DNA from: Acidobacteriota bacterium
GTDB lineage: Bacteria; Acidobacteriota; UBA4820; DSQY01
DNA length: 64,000 nucleotides
Direction: 5' to 3'
NCBI GenBank assembly: GCA_049967655.1
Contig: JBMFSH010000006.1
Span: forward strand, 1 to 64,000
Shown: in pieces, positions 32,663 to 42,900 of the stretch
Layout: each line of letters starts with the position of its first letter
Numbering within the stretch: position 1 is the stretch's first letter
Notes under the pieces: generated by a model
Database searches by the model: none
What the model saw: the letters and a program-made list of their open reading frames with translations, nothing else
Told to the model about the DNA's origin: nothing
Made by a program: the position numbers and the translations under genes

Positions 32663-33358
32663 GTGACGAGGCTTTCGGGCGTGGTAGCAGGGCTGGTTTT
32701 CACGGGGGCGGTGGGGACGGCGCTCTTCGCCGCCGGCGGCGGACTGCGGACCGGCAGCTCCCCTCAGAGCTCGAAGACGACCCTCACCGTGACCATCCCC
32801 GGCGTGGTCGGCATCGACATCGAGACCGACCTGACGTGGGACTTCGGCTCCTACCCGGCGGGTAAAATCAGCTCCCCTTCGCCGAACAACCTCTTCCCGC
32901 CCCCGCCCTTCAATACGGCCGCCGCCTACTGGACGCCGACGGCGGCCACGACGACCTCCGGTGCGCCCGCCCCCGCTCCCACCTGGACGCCCCCTTCCGG
33001 AGACGCCGGCGCGGCCGCCATCTGGATGGCCCTCTTCTGCAACATCGCCGGAGGAGCCAACGTCACGCTCACTGCCCAACTGGCGACGTGGCAGGGAGGC
33101 ACGCCCTTCGGGGGAGCCAATCCGGCTGTAGTTCAAACCCACCGGGACAGCCAAAACAACCCCAAGAAGGTGGGGAGGGGCAACTGGACCACGCTCAAGA
33201 ACGGCACAAACCTCAACCTCGGGCGCGGGAGCCTGGCCAAGAGCTTCCCCTGGACACGGGCCGACCAGCGCTTCTGGCTTTACACAACCAAGGTCTCGGC
33301 GTGCACCTTCAATCCCGGCACCTATACCAACACCGTGACGATCACCCTGAGCAAGTAG
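32663..33358 (+). CDS. Secreted pilin-like subunit 2
   Basis: Paralog of 31919-32605; WTRADQ and PGTYTNTVTITL; GTG start. Confidence 0.65.
   Translation: MTRLSGVVAGLVFTGAVGTALFAAGGGLRTGSSPQSSKTTLTVTIPGVVGIDIETDLTWDFGSYPAGKISSPSPNNLFPPPPFNTAAAYWTPTAATTTSGAPAPAPTWTPPSGDAGAAAIWMALFCNIAGGANVTLTAQLATWQGGTPFGGANPAVVQTHRDSQNNPKKVGRGNWTTLKNGTNLNLGRGSLAKSFPWTRADQRFWLYTTKVSACTFNPGTYTNTVTITLSK
32782..32989 (+). repeat. 208-bp identical intragenic block, copy 2
   Basis: Identical to 32038-32245. Confidence 0.93.
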
Positions 33359-33398
33359 GCGGAGTTTCGAATCGGGCACAAAGCCCGGCGAGGTGACC

Positions 33399-34352
33399 AT
33401 GAGAGGCGACGTGACCCTTCGAGCGGCGATCCTGGCGGCACTGGCCCTTTGTTCCGTGCCCGCCCTCGCCGTGGGCCTGCTGGCCAGCCCCGTCCAGCTC
33501 GGCCTCGTGGGCCGGCCGGGGCAGACCGTGAGCGGCGTGGTGCAGGTGAGCGCCTCCAACAACCAGGACACCCCCATCCGCGTCACCTTCGGCAACTTCA
33601 CAAAGGACGAGGAGGGACGGCTGGTGGAGCTGGCGGAGGGAGCGGAGCAGCCGCGGAGCTGCCTGGCCTGGCTGAGCGCCAGCCAGCTCACCTTCACGGC
33701 CCCGGCCCAGGGGCGGGCCTCGATCCAGGTGTCGGCCCAGATCCCCGAGGGGGTCTCGGGCAGCTACTGGGCCTTCGTGGCCTTCTCGGCCCCCCCTCCC
33801 CCCCGCAACGGGGGGGGGACGAGCCTGCTCTTCATGCCGCGCGTGATCATCCCCGTCATCGTCTCGGTGGAGGGAACCCTGGCCCCCAAGGTCCAGTTTC
33901 AAGCCACCACGGCCCGCTACGACCCCGTGCTCGGGGGCGTGGAGGCCAAGGCCATCCTCGTGAACACGGGCAACGCGGCGGTGCTCATCAACGGGGCCTT
34001 CGCGCTGGAGCAGCAGGGCCCCGGCGACACCTCGCCCAACGAGGTCGGCGAAAAGGAGGTGGGGCCGCTCACCTCCCTGCCGGGCACGCGCCTCGTGGCC
34101 AAGGGGCTGATCCCGTGGAGCGGGCCCTGGACGGGGCTACAGGTCCACTCCTACCTGCGCTACGGCCCCGAGCCCGACCAGGCGGCCGAGTCCGTGACCA
34201 GCATCGCCGACCTGCCCGCCGGAGCGGCTTCGGGCCGCCTCGCCCCTGAGGCGCCCATGCCGCCGGCCGCCAGCCAAACGCCGCCGGCCGCCGGCCAGGC
34301 CCCTCCGCCCCAGGCGCCCGCCGCGCCGTCGAAGGAGGGCGGAAAGCCATGA
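33399..34352 (+). CDS. Periplasmic pilus chaperone-like protein (PapD/DUF916-like, two Ig folds)
   Basis: Signal peptide; SP..L....PGQTVSG, SCLAWL, GSYWA, VNTGN, LPG pattern typical of these chaperone-like proteins. Confidence 0.7.
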   Translation: MRGDVTLRAAILAALALCSVPALAVGLLASPVQLGLVGRPGQTVSGVVQVSASNNQDTPIRVTFGNFTKDEEGRLVELAEGAEQPRSCLAWLSASQLTFTAPAQGRASIQVSAQIPEGVSGSYWAFVAFSAPPPPRNGGGTSLLFMPRVIIPVIVSVEGTLAPKVQFQATTARYDPVLGGVEAKAILVNTGNAAVLINGAFALEQQGPGDTSPNEVGEKEVGPLTSLPGTRLVAKGLIPWSGPWTGLQVHSYLRYGPEPDQAAESVTSIADLPAGAASGRLAPEAPMPPAASQTPPAAGQAPPPQAPAAPSKEGGKP

Positions 34353-35293
34353 AGCGCCGGGCCGCGGTCTTCGCCTTGTCGGTGCTCCTGCTCGCTCCCG
34401 CCGCGCTGAAGGCGGGAACGGGCGGCGCCACCCTCACGGTGACCACCGCCGCCGCGACTTTCGGGCCCCTCGATCCCTCCCTGCCCACCGCCGGCGCCCC
34501 CGTACTGCTGACGGCGCTCGTGAGCGCGGGCGAGGCCTGGAGCGTCTCCCTGCTCTACACGCCCGGCCTCTCGGCCCCGGCCAGCCTGGCCCGCCTGCGG
34601 CGCGCCCAGGCGGTGACCTCGGGCGGCGCCCTGCCGCTTCAGGTGAACGGACCGGGCGGTAGCTGGCAGCCCCTGCCGCCCGGCACGGCCGTGCCGGTGG
34701 CCTCCGGCGGCGCCACGGGGGGCCAAGCCCTTCCCCTCACCCTCATGCTCCAGGCCCAGCCCACCTTCGACCTGCCCGCCGGCGACTACGCGGGCACCCT
34801 CACCTTTCTGCTCAACGGCGCACCCGTCCAACCGACCGTGAGCCTCACGGCCCAGGTGCCTCCCGTGGCCCAGCTCAGCCCCGATCCGCGTCCCTTCACT
34901 CTCACGCGCCCGCCGGACCCGGCCCGCCCCTCGACCATCCCCTTCGAGCCGAGGCTCTACCGCATCCTGAGCAACGTCCCGTGGCAGCTCACGGCCACCC
35001 TCAAGGGCCCGCTCCAGCAGCCGGGCAGCCCTCTCGCGCTCGTCCCCGCCTCCTTCGCCTGGCAGCCGCCCTCGGGACCGGCCCAGCCCCTCCTTCCGAA
35101 CCAGCCCCTCACCGTCGCCTCGGGCCCCATGACCGGCCAGGCGGGGCAGACGGTGAGCCTCACCTTCACCTATACCGTCACGGGCCTCGTGGTGGCCGGC
35201 GACTACCAGGGGGAGATCGCGGTGGAGCTCAACCCCCTCGCCGCCTCGCCACCGGCCGCGTTCAAAAGGAAAAGCCATGCCCAGCATCCCTAA
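34349..35293 (+). CDS. Secreted minor pilin-like protein with two tandem pilin-like domains
   Basis: Signal peptide; AGDYAGTLTF and AGDYQGEIAV ends; SNVPWQL. Confidence 0.6.
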   Translation: MKRRAAVFALSVLLLAPAALKAGTGGATLTVTTAAATFGPLDPSLPTAGAPVLLTALVSAGEAWSVSLLYTPGLSAPASLARLRRAQAVTSGGALPLQVNGPGGSWQPLPPGTAVPVASGGATGGQALPLTLMLQAQPTFDLPAGDYAGTLTFLLNGAPVQPTVSLTAQVPPVAQLSPDPRPFTLTRPPDPARPSTIPFEPRLYRILSNVPWQLTATLKGPLQQPGSPLALVPASFAWQPPSGPAQPLLPNQPLTVASGPMTGQAGQTVSLTFTYTVTGLVVAGDYQGEIAVELNPLAASPPAAFKRKSHAQHP

Positions 35294-37814
35294 CTCCCGG
35301 GTGGGCGGCAGGAGCCGCTCCCCTCTCCTCTCCCGAACGGCGCTCGCCCTCGCCTGCGCGGCGCTCCCGCTCCTCGCCGCCCTCCCCGCGGCAGGACAGG
35401 CGTGCTACCAGTCGGTGGTGCTGGGCGGGAATTCGACCGTCAGCTACAGCGCCGGCTTCGCCGTCACTGGGTCGCCGCTCTCCAACCTCAATGCCCTCGA
35501 CGGAAACTATTACCAAGCCACGAGCCTGGTGGAGACGACCAGCACCCCCTCCTTCAAGCCCATGGTCGAGAGCTGGATCGAGACCGGCTACGATACGAGC
35601 GGCAGACTCCCCCAAGTGGGGCCCGACTACTATGGCGGCGTTTTCGTTAACCCCACCAACAGCGCCATCACCGTGAGCCAAGTGGCCATAGACGGCTCCA
35701 CCACGAACCCTGCCAGCCGGCCAGCCTTCGGAGCCATCGTCGCTACCGTGGCGCCCAGCACAGGAAGCTGGAGCGCGGTGAGCACTACCCTCCTCCAGTG
35801 GACGGGCAGCCTGGTCGTTCCTCCGCACGGCGCGCAGGAATTCATCGTCCTGGCCCGCCCGAACCGCGGAAACTACACCAGCCAAACGGACGTGACGCTC
35901 AAGTTCACCGTCACCACCACGACGGGAGGGCCCTACACGGCTAGCATCCACCAGATCCAGGTCAACATCACCACGTGGGCGGCGAGCACGGTGGTCGGGT
36001 TTGATCTCACGGGCAGCAGCACCTTCACACCGCGGGCCTTCGTCTCCGGAGCGGTGGCGGGCGTTGCCCAGACCTTTTCTATTCGCGTGGCCCAGACCGA
36101 TGACAGCAACGAACACAATGAGGATAGTGCTGCTTCTGGACTGCAAGTGACCGTCACCATCCCAGCGGGGTGGTCGAACGTCTCCGTGCCCACACTGACG
36201 AAGTCTTGGTGGAATAACCCCACCATCGTCCAACCGACGGCCACGTCGAGCGGGTCCGTCAGCGCCACGACGAAGAGGGTCCTCTCGACGGGTAGTAGCA
36301 CCCCCGCCAACTCCTTCGTGATTCAGGCCACGCCCCCGAGCGCCACCGATACGACGAACCTCACGGGGCTCTATACCTTCGCCATGACCCTCAACGGCGG
36401 TGCCCAAGGAGACAATTCGCCTATCCAAGGCACAACCCAGGGGATCGTCCAGGTGAGCAACGCGGTGGACGTCCGCTTCCTCTCGCCCGCCTTCACCCTT
36501 TCGAGCCCGTTGCGCCAGCTCGCACTTCGAACGGACTTCAACGTGCTGAGCGGGGCGGAGACGGAGGCGGTGGCCGTTCAAGTCTACAACGTCGCGACCG
36601 CATCCTGGCAACTCCTCTCCACCGTGACGCCTGGAGCCACCAACACCACGGTGACCTACTCCTTCGGAGCCAATTTCAGCTCCTATTTGAACAGCTCCAA
36701 CCAGATGTTGGTACGTTACTTAGTGACGGCCCCGTCGCCCTGGCAACGCGTACGGATCGATGACCTCCTCTGGACGGTGGTCCTGGGCTTCACCGTGGAC
36801 AACTCGGTGGGCAGCGACTCAAACAGCGGCGACGTGGCCCACCCGCTGGCCACCATCGGCGCGGCCCTGAGCCGCCTCACCTCGCCCTCCCAGGCCGTCT
36901 ACGTGCAGGTGGGCAACAGCCAGAGCGGCACCCCCTACACCGCCAACCTCGTGGTGAGCGGCGCCTCCGCCGGGGGCACGCAGACCTGCCCCACGCTCAT
37001 CCAGGGGGTGGCCAACGGCAGCGGCCAGCTCCCCCTCATCCAGGGGGCCAACCCCGCTTCCGACGTGGGCTTCGACGTGGGCGGGGGGGGAGCCAACTAC
37101 GTCACCGTGGACGGCTTCCAGATTCAGAACACGCAGGTGGCCCTCTACGCCGAGCAGGGGGCTACAGGCATCACCTTCTCCCACTGCCTCGTGAGCGTTC
37201 CCGCCTCGGGTTACGGCATTCTCTTCTACGCCAACAGCGGAGCCACGGCCAAGAACAACAAGATCGACGGAAACAACAACTCGACCTTCTACGGGATCTA
37301 CGACTACGCTGGGGTGGGGACCCTTCTGGACGGCAACGTGGTGCGGCGGATGAAGAACGCCGAAGCGCTCTTCTGCACGGGCTCCTCGGGCCTCGTCCTT
37401 AGGCGCAACATCTGCCTCCAGAGCTACATGGGCATCCACCTGGCCCAGCCTGCCGGCACCGTGACGGTCTCCAACAACGACTGCGACAGCAACGCGTACC
37501 TCGGCATCTACGCCGAGCAGGTGGGCGGCACCGTCGTTTCCACCGACAACATCCTCACCTCCAACGGCGTGGGCTGGGGCTGGGACGGAAGCGGCTCGAT
37601 CGTCTCGGACTACGACGACGTCTGGAACAACAAGTCCAACTACGCCTTCCACGGGACGGTGGCCGCCGGCTCCCACAGCATCAGCGCCAACCCCCTCTTC
37701 GTGCAGGTCACCGATTGGACCCAGCCCACCTTCTACCAGCTCGGGAGCGGGAGCCCTTGCATCGGCACGGGGAACAACGTCTGCTGCGGCACCAGCATGG
37801 GAGCGGTCCAATGA
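35277..37814 (+). CDS. Large secreted adhesin-like protein with C-terminal right-handed beta-helix
   Basis: Signal peptide, Thr/Ser-rich beta domains, GSDSNSGD..HPLATIGAA cap, Asn/Gly beta-helix repeats, ANPLF..GSPCIG end. Confidence 0.75.
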   Translation: MPSIPNSRVGGRSRSPLLSRTALALACAALPLLAALPAAGQACYQSVVLGGNSTVSYSAGFAVTGSPLSNLNALDGNYYQATSLVETTSTPSFKPMVESWIETGYDTSGRLPQVGPDYYGGVFVNPTNSAITVSQVAIDGSTTNPASRPAFGAIVATVAPSTGSWSAVSTTLLQWTGSLVVPPHGAQEFIVLARPNRGNYTSQTDVTLKFTVTTTTGGPYTASIHQIQVNITTWAASTVVGFDLTGSSTFTPRAFVSGAVAGVAQTFSIRVAQTDDSNEHNEDSAASGLQVTVTIPAGWSNVSVPTLTKSWWNNPTIVQPTATSSGSVSATTKRVLSTGSSTPANSFVIQATPPSATDTTNLTGLYTFAMTLNGGAQGDNSPIQGTTQGIVQVSNAVDVRFLSPAFTLSSPLRQLALRTDFNVLSGAETEAVAVQVYNVATASWQLLSTVTPGATNTTVTYSFGANFSSYLNSSNQMLVRYLVTAPSPWQRVRIDDLLWTVVLGFTVDNSVGSDSNSGDVAHPLATIGAALSRLTSPSQAVYVQVGNSQSGTPYTANLVVSGASAGGTQTCPTLIQGVANGSGQLPLIQGANPASDVGFDVGGGGANYVTVDGFQIQNTQVALYAEQGATGITFSHCLVSVPASGYGILFYANSGATAKNNKIDGNNNSTFYGIYDYAGVGTLLDGNVVRRMKNAEALFCTGSSGLVLRRNICLQSYMGIHLAQPAGTVTVSNNDCDSNAYLGIYAEQVGGTVVSTDNILTSNGVGWGWDGSGSIVSDYDDVWNNKSNYAFHGTVAAGSHSISANPLFVQVTDWTQPTFYQLGSGSPCIGTGNNVCCGTSMGAVQ

Positions 37815-37831
37815 GTCGCGGGAGGTGGTTC

Positions 37832-38755
37832 ATGAACAGCGGTCGTTCCGTGGGGAAGGCGGCTCTCGCCGTGATCGTTCTGGCCCTCCCCCTGCCTTTC
37901 CTCGCCCAGCAGGCCGGATTGAACGAGGGTTTCGCCAGCTGGCCCCCACAGGGTTGGACCCTGACGGCCGCTACGGCCTGCGGGGGCTGGCAGAGCTCAT
38001 CGAGCTTGGGACTCCCCAACTACACGGGGGGGAGCGGGCCGTGCGCCATGGCGTCGAGCGCCGCTTGCGATGCCGGAGCGGACCTCTCCCTCATCAGCCC
38101 CGCCATCGCCATTGCACCGGGCGCGGCGGCGCCGACGCTGACCTTCAAACAGGACCTCTTCCTGGGCACCTACGGCAGTGACAGCGCCGAGGTGGACGTG
38201 AGCGGCGACGGCGGCCAGAGCTGGACCAGCGTGGCCTACTTCACGGGCACGGGGGGCGTCCGGGGCCCCGACATCCAGAGCATCGACCTCAGCCCCTATA
38301 TGGGGAGCACCATCCAGATCCGTTTCCACTACATGGCAGGCGGACCCGATTGGTGGTGGCAGGTGGATGACGTGGTGGTGACCGGCGGCGGCAGCCCTCC
38401 TCCTCCACCCCCGCCGCCCACCACCTACAACCTCTATTTCCAAGATGATTTTGGCCGTTCCTCCTTGTGCGCCGACAGCTCCACCGGCGCCTGGAGCTAC
38501 ACGGTGCTGAAGGGCAACGGGGCCGGGAGCAGCTTCGCGGGCCAGGGAAGCATCATCCAGGGCAACGGCTTCCTTCAGATTCGTTCACTGCCCGGAGCTT
38601 CCGCCCTCACCCTCATCGACTACACCACGGCGCATCGAGCCACGGCCACCTTCGTGAACCGTTCCAACGCCATCGCCTCCAGCCTGTACGACTCGAACAC
38701 CCAGGACGACGGTCCCCCCGCTTGCGGATCGGGGGCCAATTCGGTTCACGGCTAA
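37832..38755 (+). CDS. Secreted protein: MAM/cleaved-adhesin-like domain, poly-Pro linker, C-terminal domain
   Basis: EGF..WPPQGW, LISP, DGGQSW, IDLSPY, QIRFHY, WQVDDV; start 37832 (or 37811). Confidence 0.7.
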   Translation: MNSGRSVGKAALAVIVLALPLPFLAQQAGLNEGFASWPPQGWTLTAATACGGWQSSSSLGLPNYTGGSGPCAMASSAACDAGADLSLISPAIAIAPGAAAPTLTFKQDLFLGTYGSDSAEVDVSGDGGQSWTSVAYFTGTGGVRGPDIQSIDLSPYMGSTIQIRFHYMAGGPDWWWQVDDVVVTGGGSPPPPPPPPTTYNLYFQDDFGRSSLCADSSTGAWSYTVLKGNGAGSSFAGQGSIIQGNGFLQIRSLPGASALTLIDYTTAHRATATFVNRSNAIASSLYDSNTQDDGPPACGSGANSVHG

Positions 38756-38780
38756 CCAAGAAACCAGAAGAACGATGGAG

Positions 38781-38813
38781 AAGGCGGACGCTCTCAAGGG
38801 GCGTCCGCCTTTT
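38781..38813 (+). terminator. Terminator ending the pilus-like operon
   Basis: aaggcggacgc / gcgtccgcctt stem ending in a T run. Confidence 0.8.
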
Positions 38814-39040
38814 GCTGGCCTGAACTTCCCTCTCCGGCCTTCCTCCTGTCCACTGCCTGCCCGCCCTCCCTTCCTGCCTGCTCGCCGAGTCAGCTCCTTC
38901 GCGAACTCTTCTCAATCTCAAAAGTGAGACCGCCCTCCCGCTCACTTCTCACATCCTAGACAATTGTGGGTTCACTCCAATTGGACTTTTTTCCATATTT
39001 TGCATACGAGTAACGCGATATTGTTCACTCTCCGCCGACA

Positions 39041-39056
39041 AGGCATGGGAGTTGCC
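39041..39056 (+). promoter_or_regulatory. Second sigma54-type promoter candidate
   Basis: AGGCATGGGAGTTGCC, GG-N10-GC, downstream of an AT-rich patch and ~70 bp before pilin 3. Confidence 0.5.
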
Positions 39057-39123
39057 TTAAGAGAAGCGGCGCCCTTCTTCCAAAGGCGTCGCTTGCCGGC
39101 ACTTGGTCGGCTGGAGGGAAACG

Positions 39124-39807
39124 ATGAGCGACCGAAGAAAGAGGACCTACACCGCCGGCTTGGCGTTGCTTTTTGTCAGCTGCACCTTCGGTCTCTTTGC
39201 CGCTGGCGGACTGAGCACATCTCCCGACCGGGCGCACAGCTCCACCACCCTCACCGTGACGATCCCTGGAATCGTCGCAGTGGATGTGGAGGGCGAGCTC
39301 GCCTTCGATCTGGGCTCCGCCGGTTCCAATCGGAGCGAGCGGCAAGCCCAAGGGGGAGAGGTCAGAAACGTCTTCCCCCCTCCACCGAACTATCACGGTC
39401 CCCTCGTCTTCGACGCTTCGAACACGCGCATCGAATCGGCCCTGGCCGCCGCGCCGCCCGCTTCCGGAAGCCTCGCCGTGGCGATCTTCTGCAACAAGGA
39501 GCACGGAAACCTCCAAATCCAGGCCGCCGTGGGCCCCACCTGGTCCCCGGCAAGCGGCCCGGGATTCCCCACCAGCGCCATCCGAATCCGGCAGAGCTCG
39601 GAAAACAACCCGTACGGCGTGGGCGGAGCGCAACCCGTCCACCTCTCCAGCGCGTTGACCCCCCTGAGTCTGGGCACCCTACCCAACCGCTTCGCGTGGA
39701 CCCGTATGGACCTGCACTTTGACATCGAACTGCCCGATGCCTCCAAGGTGCTGCCCCGTCCCGGTACCTACACTACGGTCATCACGCTGACGGTGACCAA
39801 GTCTTAG
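39124..39807 (+). CDS. Secreted pilin-like subunit 3 (stand-alone paralog)
   Basis: LTVTIPGIVAVDVE, NVFPPPP, AIFCN, NNPYG, WTRMD, PGTYTTVITLTV shared with pilins 1 and 2. Confidence 0.65.
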   Translation: MSDRRKRTYTAGLALLFVSCTFGLFAAGGLSTSPDRAHSSTTLTVTIPGIVAVDVEGELAFDLGSAGSNRSERQAQGGEVRNVFPPPPNYHGPLVFDASNTRIESALAAAPPASGSLAVAIFCNKEHGNLQIQAAVGPTWSPASGPGFPTSAIRIRQSSENNPYGVGGAQPVHLSSALTPLSLGTLPNRFAWTRMDLHFDIELPDASKVLPRPGTYTTVITLTVTKS

Positions 39808-39986
39808 GGCGGCCATCGAAGGAGGGATTCCCGGTTTCGAGGGGCACCCCTAGCCTCCAAGCGAGGGGCGGTGCGCATGGATAACCTTACCGCGATCCAA
39901 GATCGTAAAGGTGGGTGTCACCTGACTTCGGGATGGCGGGCGGATTGGGCGGTGAAGAGCGATAGGAGCGGACCGGTGCGCTATCG

Positions 39987-42900
39987 TCAACCCTTTCCTT
40001 CCAACATCCTGGCCAGCTCCGCCGCGGGCATGGGGCGGGCACAGTGGAAGCCCTGCACGGCGTCACAGCCGATGCCGGCCAGGAAGTGGAGCTGCTCGGC
40101 CGTCTCCACCCCTTCGGCCACGACCGAGAGGTGCAAGCCATGAGAGAGGTTGATGATGGCCTGCACGATGGCGACGTCACGGAGGTCCAGCGGTAGCTCC
40201 CTGACGAAAGCCTGCGGTATCTTCAGCAAGCGGATGGGAAGCTGCTTCAAGTACATGAGGGAGGAGTAGCCAGAGCCGAAGTCGTCGATGGCGATGGCGA
40301 CCCCCATCTCATCGAGCTGGTTGAGAATGCGCATGGTGCTCGCCAGGTCCCACATGGCCGTGGCCTCCGTGATTTCGAGTACGAGCTGTGAAGAGGGCAG
40401 TTCCGTCTCTTCGAGAATCGCATGGACCAGGGCAGCCGACCCCGGCTTCAGAAACTGGCGTGCCGAGAGGTTGACGGAGACGGGAACCTGGAGGAAGCCG
40501 GCGTCGTTCCAGGCTCGGCGTTGGGTGCACGCGGTCCTGAGCATCCACTGGTCGATGGAGAGAATGAGGTCGCTCTCCTCGGCCACCTCGATGAAGCTCC
40601 CTGGCAAGACGAGCTCCCCTTCCTCTTGCCGCCATCGCACGAGGGCCTCCACGCCGAGGACGCGCTCGCTCGTGCTCGCCTGGATGATCTGGTAGAAGGC
40701 CTCCAGCTCACCCCTCTCCAGCGCGCGGCGCAGCCTCTGCCTCAAATCCGCCCGCTCTGAGACCATCCGGCTCATGCTCTCGGTGAAAAATTCCACGGTG
40801 GCCCCGCCGTAGCGCTTGGCTCTCCCCATGGCAATGTCGGCGCAGCGCAGGAGCGCCTCGGGAGTGGGGCCATCTTCGGGGTAGAAACTGACTCCAGCGG
40901 AGAAGCCGAGGTGATAGTCCTGGGAAGCTACCCGGATAGGCGGACGGAACGTTTCGGTGAGAAGGCGTAAGTAGGCATCCACCCCCTTGCATCGCTCCTC
41001 TCCCGCCAACACGAGGACGAATTCATCGCTCCCTAAGCGGGAAGCCTCGCTGTTCGGCAGGCGGATCAGGCGGCGCGCCGTTTCCCGCAGCAGTTCGTCC
41101 CCCACCTCTTGGCCGACCGTATCGTTGATTTCTTTGAAACGGTCCAGACCCAGCAGGATGACCGCGAGTCTCTCCCGGCCACGGGCGCAGTTATCCAGAT
41201 GCTTGGAGAGGCGGTCCTGGAGGAGCAGGCGGTTGGGGAGGCCCGTAAGACCATCGTAGTGGGCGAGGTAGGCGAGCTGTTCCTCGGCCTGTTTGCGGTC
41301 CGTGATGTCGAAGGCCATCACCACGACGGCGTTCTGTCCGCCGTAGGGGATCTCGCTGGCAGTGAAATCCATCCAGCGGGGCTGGCCAGCTTTGGTGACG
41401 ATCTTGAATTCGTAGTGGGAGGGAACGCTCTCCCCCTTCTGGCGCGCCATGCCCCGCTGCCGGACCAACTCGCGATGGTCAGGGTGAACGAGCTCCCAGA
41501 AGCGAAGCCGCAGGAACTCTTCACGGCTGTAGCCGGTCATCGCCAGAGCGGCGGGATTGCCATAGAGGATCCGTTCGCCCTGGTAGATGAGGATCCCGGC
41601 GGCGCTCGCCTCGGTAAGCATGCGGAACTTGTGCTCACTATTTCGAAGGGCCTCTTCTCCACGCATGCGTTCGATGGCCATGGCAACCTGGCTCGCCACG
41701 AGCGTGAGGGACTCCTGGTGTCTCGGTTCGAATCGAACCTCGTCGCCGTAGGAATAAACGCCCATGACACCGAGCAATCGGTCTTTCAGGCGAAGGGGCA
41801 CTCCCAGCCATGCGGTACAGTTGAGGACGCCGGCAGCCACCTCGTCCGAAGCGGCCAGATCACGAAGCCTCGAAGCGTCTGCCAGCAAGGGCTTCCGGTG
41901 ATCGAAAACCCACCGTTCGGGCCCATGATCCGGTGCGGCGCAGGGTGTATCTTCGGACCGCTCATCTGCCCGGTAGGCGTAGGCAAGGCCTGCCGTTTCC
42001 TGTCGCTCCAGGACCACGAAAAAATTGCGCGCCGGGACCAAGTGCTGCAAAGCCTCGTGAACTGCGGGCAGGAATCGGTCGAGCGAATCCGCGGAGAGGG
42101 AGGCCTGGGCAATGGCGTAGAGCGCCGACTGGAGCCGTTCACTGCGCCGGCGCTCGGTGATGTCCACCAAGGTGACGACCCCGGCTGGCTTCCCGTTCAT
42201 GTGTGCCCTGGCCAGGGTGCAATCCACCCATCGGCGCTGGCCGTGCTTGGTGATGATCTGCAAATCGAAGCGTCGGGGAGCGAACTCGCCGGCGAGGCAA
42301 GCCCGGCCCAGCTCGCGGACCTGGCCGCGAAAGCGCGGATGGACTCCTTCCCAGAAAAACATGGCTTGGAGCTCCTCGAAGCTGGCTTCCGCGATCTCCA
42401 AGGCGGAGGAGTTAGCGTAGACGAAACGGTCCTCCTGAAAGACGAGGATACCGGCGGCGCTCGTCTCCGCGAGGGTCTTGAAGCGGGCCTCGCTCTCTCG
42501 CACCTCCTCCTCCGCCTGCTTCAGGGCCGTGATGTCGATCATGCTTCCCTCTAAAACCGGCTCCTCATAGCGGGGATCGTCGACGAGGGTGACGTTTTCG
42601 AGAATCCAGGCTGGCGAGCCATCCAACCGCCGACACAGCCACTGGAGATTGGTGATCTCTCCCATCTCGCGAAGCTGGGCGAGGTAAGCCTCGCGGTCTT
42701 CCGAACGGGGAAAGATCTCTTCAGCGGAATGGCGCATCATCTCCTCGACTGAAGCCGCTCCGAAGATTGAGGCCAAGCGCTCGTTGCACTCCAGGATCCT
42801 TCCGTCTTGGGCGGTTCGGAAAACCCCAGCCACGTTTCGTTCGAAGAGCAGGCGGAAGCGTTCCTCCCGTTCCCGAAAGGCCCTCTCTGCCTGCTCCCTT

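Noticed and set aside
32038..32989. Diversity-generating retroelement template/variable repeat pair
   Set aside because: Copies are identical rather than differing at adenines, both lie inside genes, and there is no reverse transcriptase in the window
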